A stretch of 64,000 bases of DNA, from contig NC_135879.1 of assembly GCF_964194155.1 (NCBI RefSeq), positions 173,104,001 through 173,168,000 of the forward strand. The letters are read 5' to 3'. Position 1 is the first letter of the stretch. Every line of letters starts with the position of its first letter. A program made the position numbers and the translations under genes. The notes under the pieces were generated by a model. That model was not told the origin of the DNA and searched no databases. It saw only the letters and a program-made list of their open reading frames with translations. Positions 24,231-36,294 of this stretch are shown here, in pieces. This stretch comes from Cetorhinus maximus (lineage: Eukaryota).

Positions 24231-24484
24231 ATCACCACCGTCAACACCTCTTTATCCTTTTGTCTATGACATCTTTTGGCAATCTCCACCTATTACTGGC
24301 TCTCTATCCAGCTGTACCTGTCCTACTCCCAACCACCCCCCCCCCCGCCACCTTAAACCAGCTTATATTTCACCTCTTTTCTATTTTTCCTTAGTTCTGA
24401 TGAAGAGTCATTTGGACTCGAAACGTTAACTGTATTCCTCTCTGCAGATGCTGTCAGACCTGCTGAGCTTTTTCCAGGTATTTT
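24231..24484 (+). mobile_element. Penelope 3' UTR/pLTR fragment inserted in CR1
   Basis: Reverse complement of ~18840-19115; TSD TGTTTAAT at 24223-24230 and 24485-24492. Confidence 0.9.
24392..24432 (+). ncRNA. Minimal type-I hammerhead ribozyme motif with canonical core
   Basis: TAGTT-CTGATGA-A-GAGTC-ATTTG-GACTC-GAAA-CG-TT-AACTG. Confidence 0.82.
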
Positions 24485-25540
24485 TGTTTAATGGGTATTT
24501 TTCAGACTGGAAGAAGGTTTGTAATGCAGTTCCCCAGGGACCCCTGGGACCTTGGGTATTGAGACCCTTGCTTTTCCTGATACATATAAATGATCTAGAT
24601 CTCGGTATACAGGGGACAATTTTAAAGTTTGTGGATGACACAAAACTTGGGAGGATTGTAAACTGTGAGGAGGACAATGTAGAACTTCAAAAAGACATTG
24701 ACAGATTGGTGGAGAGGGCAGATAGGTGGCAGATGAAGTTCAACACGGAGAAGTGTGAGGTAATACACTTTGGTACAAAGAACATGGAGAGACAGTATAA
24801 CATAAAGGATACTATTCTAAAGGGTGTGCAGGAACAGAGAGACTTTGGTGTATATGCACATTAGTCATTAAAGTTGGCAAGGCAGGTAGAGAGAGTTGTT
24901 TCTAAAGCATACAGTATTCTAGGCTTCATTAATAGGGACATAGAGTACAAGAGCAGGGAGGTTATGATGAATTTATATAAGACACTGGTTAGACCTCAGC
25001 TGGAGTATTGTGTACAGTTCTGGGTGCCACACTATAGGAAGGATGTGAACTCATTGGAGGGAGTACAGAACAGGTTTATGAGAATGGCTCCAGGAATGAG
25101 TCACTTCAGTTATGAGGAAAGATTGGAGAAGTTGGGACTGTTTTCCTTGGAGAGGAGAAGGCTAAGAGGAGACTTGATAGAAGTTTTCAAAATCATAAGG
25201 GGTCTGGACAGAGTAGATAGGGAGGAACTGCTCGTAAATAGAATGAGAAGCAGAGAGCACAGTTTTCAAGTGTTTTGCAAAAGAAGCACATGCGAGGTGA
25301 GAAAACATTTTTTCACATAGCGAGTAGTTAGGGTTTGGAAAGCACCGCCTGGAAGTGTGTTAGAGGCAGGTTCAATTGAAGCATTCAAGAAGGCATTGGA
25401 TGATTATTTAAATAGAAACAACGTGCATGGTTACGGGGAAAAGGCAGGAGACTGGCACTCAGTTCAAATGCTCAGAGAACCGTGCAGACACGACGGGCCA
25501 AGTGGCCTCCTCCTACACCATAACAATTCTGTGATTCTGT
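24485..25540 (+). mobile_element. CR1 LINE RT to 3' end
   Basis: VPQG..LFLIHINDL..KFVDDTKL; LYKTLVRPQLEYCVQFW; LERRRLRGDLIEVFKI; tail ATTCTGTG repeat. Confidence 0.95.
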
Positions 25541-26335
25541 GAAGTGTCAAGTCATTTATTTTGGTAGGAAGAATGTGGAAAGACAATATAAATAAAGGGA
25601 ACAATTCTAAAGGGGGTGAAGGAGCAGAAAGACCTTGGTATGTATGTGTATAAATCATTGAAAGTGGCAGGACAGATTGGGAGAGTGGTTAATAAAGCAT
25701 TCAGCATCCTAAACTTGATTAATAGGGCCAGAGAGCGCACAAGAAAGGAAGTTATGCTAAATTTGTATAGAACACTGGTTCGGTCACAACTGGAGCATTG
25801 TGGCCAGTTCTGGGCCCCACACTTTAGGAAGGATGTGAAGGTGTTAGAGAGAGTGCAGGAAATATTCAAGAGAATGGTTCCAGAGATGAGGAACTTCAGT
25901 TATGTGGATAGATTCAAGAAGTTGGGACTCTTTTCATTAGAGAAGAGAAAGTTGAAAGGAGGTTTGATAGAGGCATTCAAAATCATGAGAATCTACTCTG
26001 TCATGGACAGAGTAGATAGGGAAAAACTGTTCTCATTGGTGGAAGGATTGAGGACCAGAGGGCACAAATTTAAGGTAGTTAGCGAAAGAAGCAATGGCAA
26101 AATGAGGAAAAACTTTTTCACACAGTGAGAGATTAAATCTAGAATGGAGGGAGGTTCAGTTGAGGCATTCAAGAGGGAATTGGATTATTACCTGAAAATG
26201 AAGAACGTGCAGGGCTATGTCCTGGAGAAGGCAGGGGAGTGGCACTAGGTGAATTGCTCCATCAATTAACCAGCACAGGCACAAAAGGCCAGATGGCCTC
26301 CTTCTGTACTATAACCATCCTGTGACTCTATGATT
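25541..26335 (+). mobile_element. Second CR1 LINE 3' portion
   Basis: ORF 25616-26128 LYRTLVRSQLEHCGQFWAPH..KNFFTQ plus tail. Confidence 0.93.
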
Positions 26336-26419
26336 TTATTGTCACTACCTTAACATAAAAGCATCAAAATGCATTTGCAGTGGAATTACTTCAAATTCAA
26401 CATTGCCATAAAATGCACC

Positions 26420-27560
26420 GGAAAGCATGGCAGCAAGGACTATACTGAAGAGCACAGGCGTCATGATACACATCTGCATTGCACCACTTGTCACGTCAAA
26501 GGGATCAGTGACTCTGGCCATTAGATGGCAATCTCTTTAACCTGAGGTGATTGAAATCCTCAGTGATAGTATCAGAGTTGATGATATGGGAATTGCTGTT
26601 TGCCAATGACTGTGCCCTCTTGTCATACTTGAGCATGGTCTTCAAAGGATCATGGACTGATTTTAAAAAGCATCTGATGACCATGGGTTAACCACCAACT
26701 TAAAGGAGACCAAGATACTCCACCAACCACCATCAAATTCTGACTATAACCCACCTACTACAAGTATCAATGACACAACCCTGAAAGCTATAGATAAATT
26801 TATTTATCTCAAAAGCACAAACTCCAGAAATGTCTCTATTGATAATGAGGTGGAAAATAAAATTGATAAAGATCAGAATTTGCTCATTTATGCAAAATAC
26901 TGTTGAGCGAATGAGGTATCAAACTTACAACCAGAACTTGCTGTGTACAAAGTTGTGGTAATACCTACCCTCCTATATGCCTGCAAGTTATGGACTACCT
27001 ACACTGGACATATTAAGCAGCTGGACATGTTCCACATGAGATGCATTTGGAACATCATGGATATCAAATGGGAGGACAAAGTACCCAACACTGAGGTACT
27101 TCAAAGAGCAGAAATGTCTGGAATTGAAGCACTCATCATCAGAGTCCAACCCAGATGCAGTGGGCATGTAGTATGTCTGACTAACGATAAAAAGGCGATC
27201 ATGTATTAACAACTAAAACTTAGGCACTGCCTGTGAGGTAAACTGAGATTAAGGTTCAAGGGTTCTTTGAAAGCAAACCTCGGGAAACGTGGCATGTCCA
27301 CCACAGACTGGGAGAAAAATGCTCAAGAAAGAACCACCTGGTGAGCATTCTCGAGTAGTGACATTGTTTCCTTCAAACAGCAAAGAATACAGGCAGCCAA
27401 GGACAAAAGGCAAGCTATAAAGACTGAGCAGCCCCAACAATACCAGACAATTCATCCTAGCCCACACTGCGGAAAGCCATGCAGATCTGTGTTTGGACTC
27501 ACAACCACGATAGAATGCATAACGTATGGAAGAAATGATCATCTTCGATAATGGAGGGAA
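26420..27560 (+). mobile_element. RTE-clade LINE fragment
   Basis: ELLFANDC motif ~26590; YKVVVIPTLLYACKLWTTY..FHMRCIWNIMDIKWEDKVPNTEVLQRA. Confidence 0.88.
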
Positions 27561-29496
27561 AATGACAACTTCAATTCCAAATATAATTAATCTTAACTGC
27601 ATGGAATTAATTCAATCTATAAAACAACGTATTGATTTCATTTGTATTTGCATTAATTTTAAATAGATATGTGTCTGTTGAACTTTGTTCACATCAAATT
27701 TAATATGGCTGAAATTTGATTCCGTGTGTGTTCGTACCACCACCTGTGTGAAAAGTCACAAAAATATTAAATACATAAAAACTCAATTAACATTCACCAA
27801 AAACGTGTGATTGCTTTAATAATTTGTTATTAACATCAACTATTCAGCTTCAGAAATATTCAGAAGTTTGAAGGACAAAATGACGATGAAAAAACTGCAA
27901 AGGACATATACCCTAAGCATGTTGGTCTGTTTTCCAAGCAGAGATTATTCTCATTCTTTCACTATCTCTGAGGTTCACTTCATTAAACCTGGATGAAGAT
28001 TACAGCAAAGCAATAGGAAGACCTACTGCTCCCGGTACCTGGTACTTGCTCATAGGAAAGTCAGTAATAACAGCACCTGACCCCCTTCAGCAGAACAAGG
28101 TCAGAGCAAACCAGGGCAGAGTGCTGACTATATGGCTGCCAGGGTTTAATTGAAATGTTGTGATAAATTTCACTACCAGGTCAGATGTTTCTGGCTGGGA
28201 AAACAGGGGTCACAGAGGTCCCCCCATGCAACTGTTCTGATTTTAGTGTCCAGTGATTTGTTTTGAGAGGTTGATTTACCACAGCCATGACTTGATCTTC
28301 CTTTGACCCTAACATTGCCAGGAACAAGTACAGATAAGTTCAATGTGGAAGGAGTGCTTTATTAAACTGGGTTTCATTTTATTAGTGTGGAAGTGAGTCC
28401 TGTCAGCTCATTGTGACAGGAAGCATTCACCTTATTACTCTAGACACTGGACCTGTAGGGTCATTCCACATGAAACAAGAGTTCAGCAGTTAAGCAAAGC
28501 AACAATAAATAACATTAAGATTTTAAATCAATGGCAAAAGAACTGCTGTTATGGACGGATAAAATACAAAACTAAACCTAAAAGAAGATATTCTATTCTC
28601 CTAAAGTAAATATTTTGACTGTTTAACTTGTAAAGGCTTGAAATGATTTGTTTGTTAAAATTGCTCTGAAAGATTTCTGTTTGCTAAGCTGGTATCAGTT
28701 GGGGTGGCAGCTGGAAGTGTTACAATTAGCCTCAGTGCCCTGTATTTGAATACGGAACATCCCTATTCACCGTCCACTAATTCTTCAAGTTAGGTGTAGA
28801 TATCGAGTGGGAATAAGATTGACTTCAACGCGATGACACTTTTCTACAGAATAGAAAACATGAAGGACGGGAAGATTGAACAACTAGTTGAGAAAACTGT
28901 CAAGAAAATGTTTTCTTTTAAATTACATAGTAACAGGTTATTAAAATGTGTCATGAAGGTAATTTCATTACCACCTTGCCCAGGTTTTGCAATCAGCAGT
29001 GCAGCGGCATCGCTGACATCAAATAAATCTCTGCACAACCTCAAATCTTTGTCTCTAGTGGCGAGAATTTCAGCTGCCTCGAGGGAGGGTTCCCTCCTGC
29101 TATGTGCAGCAGTGAGGCCCAGCAGCACAGGCTAGAGCAGGCGAAAATGGCAGGCATTTCTTTCCCATGGTTGAAACTCATGGTTTTACAAGATTGAAAA
29201 AGCGTTTTTTCCCAAATTAAAAATTTAAACTTTTTTTAAAGTACAATAATTTTGATCAGATAATTTATTTTGAAAATGGTAGTTTAAGAAGTCTGATAAA
29301 TCATGCTAAAAAGTCATGTATTTAACTTTTTAATAAGATTTATTGAACATTTAAAAGGGTTCATTTTAAATACCCTTTTAAATCAATTTTAACTTTTAAA
29401 ATGGTATTGGCGTATTCCTGTATTGAGAGGAGACATCTTATGCTTGAAACCTGGAACATTTTAAAGTGTAATTAATTTGGAACTAGCAAACTTTTT

Positions 29497-30016
29497 GCCC
29501 AAATTTGAGCTGGTTCCTTACATGCCCTTTGAAGTCGCAAACCCTCGGAGTAGTGTTGGCTGGACCACGACAACTTTCAGATAAGCATATGTTGCACCAT
29601 GGAAGTTGTGGGGCCTCTGCAACATCCAGTCGTGAACTCTGAATGTATTATCACTCTTGGCTCTTGCAAAACCTGGCTCCATCATGCACCAGTAAAATAG
29701 CCTAATTATCAGTTTGAACACTGCTGCATTGGTGAACATAACTTCATATCTCATATGATTTGGCTAAGTTTCCTTCATCTGTGGATTTATCATTGGAAGA
29801 GCACTAGAACAGTTTTTAAACTTGCTGGTGTTAGACTGCCAAGAACCCATCTAACTCTCATTATGCACCTTCATTGAATATTTGTACTGAGTTCCACACA
29901 TTAATAGTGTCCCTGTTTCTTTGGAGGCTGGAGAGAAAAAGTCAAGATCAAAGGCTCAAAGCAGCATTTTACACCTATGACTATATAGCTGACTATCAGT
30001 GGTAGGGTTCTGTGTT
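29497..30016. repeat. Local duplication, copy 1 (paralog 33280-33808)
   Basis: Colinear similarity with long identical tracts, e.g. TAAGTTTCCTTCATCTGTGGATTTATCATTGGAAGAGCACTAGAACAGTTTTTAAACTTGCTGGTGTTAGACTGCCAAGAACCCATCTAACT. Confidence 0.95.
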
Positions 30017-30171
30017 CAAACACCATTCCACGGAGTGCTACACTATGGAGATGACATTTCTTGGATAAAACATTAAACTGAGGCCCCAGCTGGATGTAGA
30101 AGATTCCATGGCACTATTTCAAAGAAGAGCAGGGATGTCTTAACCAATATTTATCCCTCAACCAACCTCTA

Positions 30172-30796
30172 GGGCAGAATCTTCTGTTTGGTGTGCTGGG
30201 GCGAGCCCCGCACGCCGACACGCAAAATGATGGCTGTGCGTCCCGACCTCACCGCGCATCATTTCGATCTTCAGTTCAGCAGGCATGCACCAGAGTCAAC
30301 TGCATGCCCGCCGAACTCTCACAGGCCTGTTAAGGCCATTAATAAACTAATTAAAGAGATTGTCAGGGCTGCCCATCCAACCTTAAGGTTGGTGGGCAGG
30401 TGAAGAGCCCAGGCGGCCTCCACATTTATCATGAAACCTTATCCACGGGCGGGATGAGGTTTCATGAAGTACTTATTAATTAAATAAAATTTTTCATGAA
30501 AATTCATAAACATGCTCATGTGACACTTTCACACGAGGGGACATGTCTGAATTGTTTTATTTTGTTTTTGCAATCTTTATAACTGAACTTAATCTCCCTG
30601 AGGCAGCTCCGTGCCTCAGAGAGATTTCTGCGAAAGAGCGCAGGCCCCGACTCTCCTACCTCCCCCTGTACGCACAGGAAGCACTGAGCCCACGCAAAAT
30701 GGCGGCACGCAGCCGATCGCGGGCAGCGATCAGCTCCTCATCCGCCCGCGCCCGCTCCGGCTGGCCCGCCCACCCAACGGGGAGAAAATTCTCCCC
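30172..30796 (-). mobile_element. Harbinger-derived MITE
   Basis: TIRs GGGCAGAAT / ATTCTCCCC; CTA TSD at 30169-30171 and 30797-30799. Confidence 0.93.
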
Positions 30797-30866
30797 CTAG
30801 TTTTACGTTGCTGTGCCCCAATTGACTGTCACGTTTCCTATATTATCTCAGTGGCCAAACTTGAAT

Positions 30867-31491
30867 GGCAGCATTTTCCCATCGGCGAGCAGGGGGCAGG
30901 TCCCATCCGTCGACATGTAAAATGACGCGCAGTGACATCGGGCAGGCATCCCGATGTCACCGCACGTCATTCAGATGCTCAGTTCGGCAGGTGCGCGGCT
31001 GAGTCGGCTGCGTGCCCGCTGAACTGTCAAAGGCTTATTAAGGCCTGTTAAAAAGTAAATAAAGTAATTAACTGAGCTGCCCGTCCAACCTTAAGGTTGG
31101 CGGGCAGGTGAAGAGCCCAGGCGGCCTTCACATTTTCACGAAACCTCATCCATGGGCGGGATGAGGTTTCATGAAGGGTTTATTATTTAAATAAAAATTT
31201 TTGACATAAACAATGGACATGTCCCAGCTCGTGTGACAGTTTCACATGAGGGGGCATGTGCTTAAATTTTTTTCCCACCTTTATTCAAATTTCCATAACT
31301 TAAACAAATCTCCCTGAGTCACCTCCCATACAGGTAGCTCAGCATTTCCAGGCGCGCGTCACGCCGGGTGAGCCTTAATTGGCCCGCCCATGTAAAATAG
31401 CAGTGTGGACCCAATCGGGTGCGCCAATCGGGTTCGCGCCCGCTTCCGCCCGCCCCCGCAAAACCACCCCGACGGGGGGAAATTTCTGGCC
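30867..31491 (-). mobile_element. Harbinger-derived MITE
   Basis: Family palindromes; ends GAAATTTCTGGCC. Confidence 0.9.
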
Positions 31492-31496
31492 TTTAC

Positions 31497-32295
31497 TTAG
31501 ATAAAAGCAAAATACTGTGGATGCTGGAAATCTGAAACAAAAGCAGAAAATGCTGGAAAAACTCAGCAGGTCTAACAGCATCTGTAGAGAGAGAAAAACA
31601 TGCATGAGAAAGAGTGCAGTTTTCTCCGTGGGGCATGGAGCTGCCTCAGGGAGATTGGTTAAAATTTTTAAAAGCTAAATAGAGGGAAGAAAATATTTTA
31701 AGACATGTCGCCTCATGTGACAGTGTCACATCAATTGGGACATGTCAAGGAGCATTAATGAAAAGCTTTATTTAACTTATAAAAACTTCATGAAACCTCG
31801 TCCCACCCGTGGATGAGGTTCCATGAAAAATGCGAATGCCGCCTGGGCTCTTCGCCTGCCGCCAACCTTAAGGTTGGACGGGCAGCTTACTTAATTGTTT
31901 TAATTAGTTTTTAACAGGTTTTAATAGGCCTTTGACTGTTCGGTGGGCGCGCAGTCGACAGCTGGAAATCTAAATGACGCGCGGTGACATCGGGACGCAT
32001 GCCCGATGTCACGGCGCGCCATTTTATGTGTCAGCGAGTTGGCCCCGCCCCTGCTCGCTGACCTGAAAATTCTGCCCAATGTTTCGAGTCTGTATGACGC
32101 TTCTTCAGAGCAAGAAGGAGGGTCTGAAGAAGCATCATACAGACTTGAAATGTCACTCTGTTACTCTCTCCACAGATGCTGTTAGACCCGCTAAGCTTTT
32201 CCAGCATTTTCTGTTTTTGCGTCACTCTGTTACTCTCTCCACAGATGCTGTTAGACCTGCTAAGATTTTCCAGCATTTGCTATTTTTGCTTCAAA
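31497..32295. mobile_element. Penelope pLTR fold-back element split by a partial Harbinger MITE (31600-32078)
   Basis: Left arm 31497-31599; MITE ends GAAAATTCTGCCC at 32078; centre and right arm 32079-32295 with a hammerhead-like motif at 32120-32158 and a ~70-bp tandem duplication. Confidence 0.85.
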
Positions 32296-32524
32296 AGTAG
32301 TTAATTGCCTGTAAGCCACTTTGGGATATTCTGAGGTCATGAAAGACATTACATATATGCAAATCTTTCTTTCTTTCTTTACTAATGTCTGATGCAGCTG
32401 CATTTTCAGGACACCAAGTCTACAATTTTAAAATCTCTTCAGTTGAGTTGTTACAGACCTGGACTTCCCTAGGCATGGTGATATGCTGGCAGGGCAGGAA
32501 TTCTGCCTCATGACATCACCCTAC

Positions 32525-32766
32525 TGTGGTAAAGTGAGGTACTCTGTCCCTTTAAGATAATGCAAGTGTACTGATCATGTGACAGCACTGACAACTCACT
32601 GTACAGCGTGGGCAACTGGAAACTGTAAGTCTAGTTCTGGAGGTTTCTGAGTGAGCATGTATGATCTGCTGCTCTGCCCTATGTGTCAATAAACCATCAC
32701 TGTTTATTCTTACATCAGTCTCTCCCCATTATTGATTGCAAGCAGCAATTGATGAGAACATAAGAA
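32525..32766 (+). mobile_element. Possible solo LTR
   Basis: Starts TGTGG..TCCCTTTAAGA, contains AATAAA at ~32688 and ends AACATAAGA; no TSD seen. Confidence 0.3.
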
Positions 32767-33208
32767 GGGGTTAGAGTTCGGTTGGCTAACAAACTCATTT
32801 ACACAAGACATATAACCTACCCAAAGTCCCAAACCATTTTCCTGAGTCAAAAGTTGTTAATTATGCATGGCATGAGGTGGGATTTTCACTGCCAATGTGA
32901 TGCTCACCAGTGTCACTGGAAAGAATCTAGTAGTGTTGCTGTTGGTACCATAAGGGCAGTGAAGGGCCATTTAAGGTGCAGAGCAGCCATGAAGATGGTA
33001 TGGGCTGTAGCCTCCTAAGTGTCAGCAGGGGCTGAGACGTCAATGGATAAGTAAGTGGGGAGCAACTTTATAAGAAAGATGCACCCTATTAAAGCCTCTT
33101 TCTCCACTGCTGTACTTCGGGAGTATGTCAGTTATTGGTTTAGGCATAATTTAAATTCCAGAAAGAGGATTTCAGTTTCCTAGTGGTTTAACTTTGCTTT
33201 AAAGTAAC

Positions 33209-33275
33209 TTTAACCCTCAATTGTTTGTCTATTGTATCAAAAAATGATACAATAGACAAACAATTAAGGGTTAAA
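33209..33275. repeat. 31-bp inverted repeat with 5-nt loop
   Basis: TTTAACCCTCAATTGTTTGTCTATTGTATCA-AAAAA-TGATACAATAGACAAACAATTAAGGGTTAAA, one mismatch. Confidence 0.95.
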
Positions 33276-33279
33276 ATTA

Positions 33280-33808
33280 GCACAAATTCGTGCTGGTTCC
33301 TTACATGCCCCTTGAAGTGGCAAACCCTCGGTGTAGCATTAACTGGCCCACCGCTACTTTCAGATTAGTGCACACAGATGTCACATCACTTTAGAAGTTG
33401 TGGGGCCTTTGCAACATCCAGTCATGAACTCTGAATGTATTATCACTCTTGGCTCTTGCAAAATCTGGCTCCATCATGCATCAGCAAAGTAACCTAATTA
33501 TCAGTTTGAATACTGCTGCATTGGTGAACATAGCCAAATCATATGAGATATGATGTTAAGTTTCCTTCATCTGTGGATTTATCATTGGAAGAGCACTAGA
33601 ACAGTTTTTAAACTTGCTGGTGTTAGACTGCCAAGAACCCATCTAACTTTCATTATGCATTTTCATTGAATATTTGTACTGAGTTCCACACATTAGTAAT
33701 GCCCCTGCTTCTTTAGGGGCTAGAGAGGAAAAGTCAAGGTCGAAGACTCAATGTAGCATTTTATACCTATAACTATATAGCTGAAGATCAGTGGCAAGGT
33801 TCTGTGTT
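33280..33808. repeat. Local duplication, copy 2 (paralog 29497-30016)
   Basis: Same orientation and colinear with copy 1. Confidence 0.95.
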
Positions 33809-34309
33809 TTAAGAGAATTTAGACCTTTTAGAAAGATGGTAAATACGGGAAATATGATTATCTTTCTTTCATGTTCTGAACAGATATGTCAATAAGTTAA
33901 AAAATGCACTTAACATGTTATACAGCTACGTCATCCACATAATATTGCAACTTTTAAAAAATGGTTTCTTTTTTTTTTAATAGTAGGGATCACCAGGTTA
34001 ATACTGCTTACATTGGCTGTGGAAACTTTTGATCCTTTCAATCTTCCTTCTTATTTATTTTGTGTTATTCATCTGTTCCCGAGATGGAAACAAATTGATA
34101 AGCCACTTAATACATATTACTGGGATAACAAGCATTGCTTAGAAACAGCTGGGCTGGGTTATCAGCCTTTTAATATGGGAAAGGCACAGAATTGCTCAAT
34201 ACTATGTAAGCTTCTTATCGTTGGCTATAAAGTACTTGGCAAAAAATATCTGGTATGAATCCAATGGAAGCTCAGCAGGAACCACCACAGGGAGAAAAAA
34301 AGAGAGGCT

Positions 34310-34755
34310 TACATATTATTTAGCATCCTTCATGACCTCAAGAAATCCCAAAGGACTTTATAGCCAGTGAAGCACTTTGTCGTATTGTCAATTTTATAAC
34401 GTGGGAATCATGGCAGCCAACTTGCACACAACATAGTCTCGCACACCGCGAAATCTCACACACAGCAAAGTCTCACAAACAACTATGTGATAATGGCCAG
34501 ATAATCCATTTCAGAAATGTTGGCTAAGAGGTAAGTATTCACCAGGACACTTAGAAATAGTGCCATGTGATCCTTTATGCCCATCTGAGAGGGGACCTCA
34601 GTTTAAAATCTCACCTGGAAGATGGCACCTCCATAATGTTTCCCTCTAATAACGCAATCTTCCAATAGTGTAGCACTAGGTTTTCAGCCTAAATTCCGTG
34701 TTCAAGATTTAAAACTACAGCCTTCAGACTCAGGTGAGAGTGCTACCACTGAGTC
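34310..34755 (-). mobile_element. tRNA-type SINE (Deu-like family)
   Basis: Reverse complement of the 9950 family; head GACTCAGTGGTAGCACTCTC at the right end. Confidence 0.7.
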
Positions 34756-34908
34756 AGGTAAACAATTTGAAAAGGGAAATAGGTACATGGGTTAAGAGGT
34801 CTAGACTGAAAGAAAATGTAGGGCTAAGGTTAAATGGAAGGGGTTTAGCGCAGACAGCAGGTGAAATTGATTAACACAGAGCATTGCAAGGATGGGGAAT
34901 GCGCTCCT

Positions 34909-35620
34909 GGCCCTGAACTTTTCAGGCTGCAGGTGGGCTCGGCGGGAACAGGCGGGGACGGCCGCGGAGCTGATCGCCGCCTGCGATCGGCTCTGCAACG
35001 CCATTCTACATGGGTGGGCCAATTAAGGCCCGCCCAGTGTAATACGCCAGCTGTAGCGCTCAGTGCTACCTGTGCAGACGGGGGGAGGAGGAGAGTCAGG
35101 GCCAGCGCTCTTTCGCGCGCATGCACGAGAAACAGCGCTTCAATCTCCCTGAGGCACAGAGCTGCCTCATTGAGATTGAATCGATGTTGAAACAATTAAA
35201 TAAATGGTTTAAAAATGTATTTACACATATGCCCTCATGTGACTGTGCCCCATGAGATGGGACATGTTTTTATATTTTTTAGGCAATTTTAAAAAATTTA
35301 TTTAATAAACGCTTTAGAAAACCTTATCCTGCTCGTGGATGAGGTTTCCTAAAAATCGCGAAGGCCGCTTGGCCTTTTTGCCTGCCCGCCAGCCTTAAGG
35401 TTGGATGGGCAGCATAAAAAATTAGATGAATTACTTTCTTAATGGCCTTGATAGGCCATTTACATATTGGTGGGCATGCAGCCGACTCCGGCACGCACCC
35501 ACCGAACAAAATATTGAGGGGCTGCGTGATGTCGTCAGGATGCATGCCCAACGTCATTGTGCGTCATTTTACGTGTCTGCGTGTCGGGCCCATCCCCGCA
35601 CGCTGACTGAAAAATCCTAT
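34909..35620 (+). mobile_element. Harbinger-derived MITE
   Basis: GGCCAATTAAGGCC left motif, family palindromes, degenerate TIRs. Confidence 0.9.
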
Positions 35621-36065
35621 GTATACTCTTGAGAATAGGTTAGATAGTAGTTGAAGGAAAGCAAATAAACTGATATTAAAACAAGGCAGGTGAGTATCAT
35701 TAAGACCACTGTTCACATGGAGGATAAACATCAATATAGACTGTCATTGACCTGAAAAGTTAACTTTGTTCCTTTCTCCACAAATGTTGCATGACCTGTT
35801 AACTATTTCCAGCATTTCCTTTTTTTTATATTAACATGGACAGCTTGGGCCAAACAGTTTGCTTCTATGCTGTAATTATTATGTAGTTCCATGTAATTAA
35901 CATGCATCATTCTATATATCCAATATGGAGAAAGATTAATAGATATATATTACTTTAGTATGGCATAATTTTGTATTTGGATGCTAAAACATATGTTACT
36001 GTTCTTTCCTGTTTATTACTATCAGGTAACTTTGAGGCAGTAAAGCTATGATTGTTTCGATCTTA

Positions 36066-36294
36066 GATTAAGGCAAAACACTGCAGATGCAGGAAATCTG
36101 AAACAAAAACAAAAATTGCTGGAAAAGCTCAGCAGGTCTGACAGCATCTGTGGAGAAAAAGACAGAGTTAACGTTTCGAGTCCGTATGACGACTCTAACG
36201 AAGAGTCATACAAACTCGAAACGTTAACTCTCTCATTCTCTTCACAGATGCTGTCAGACCTGCTGAGCTTTTCCAGCATTTTTTGTTTTTGTTT
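36066..36294. mobile_element. Penelope pLTR fold-back mini-element
   Basis: Inverted arms ~36101-36190 / ~36206-36294 centred on a decayed hammerhead (CTAACGA-A-GAGTC..AACTC-GAAA-CG-TT-AACTC). Confidence 0.88.

Noticed and set aside
29518-29754. 78-aa minus-strand ORF in the duplicated cassette
   Set aside because: Upstream in-frame stops, indels in the paralog, no recognisable family.
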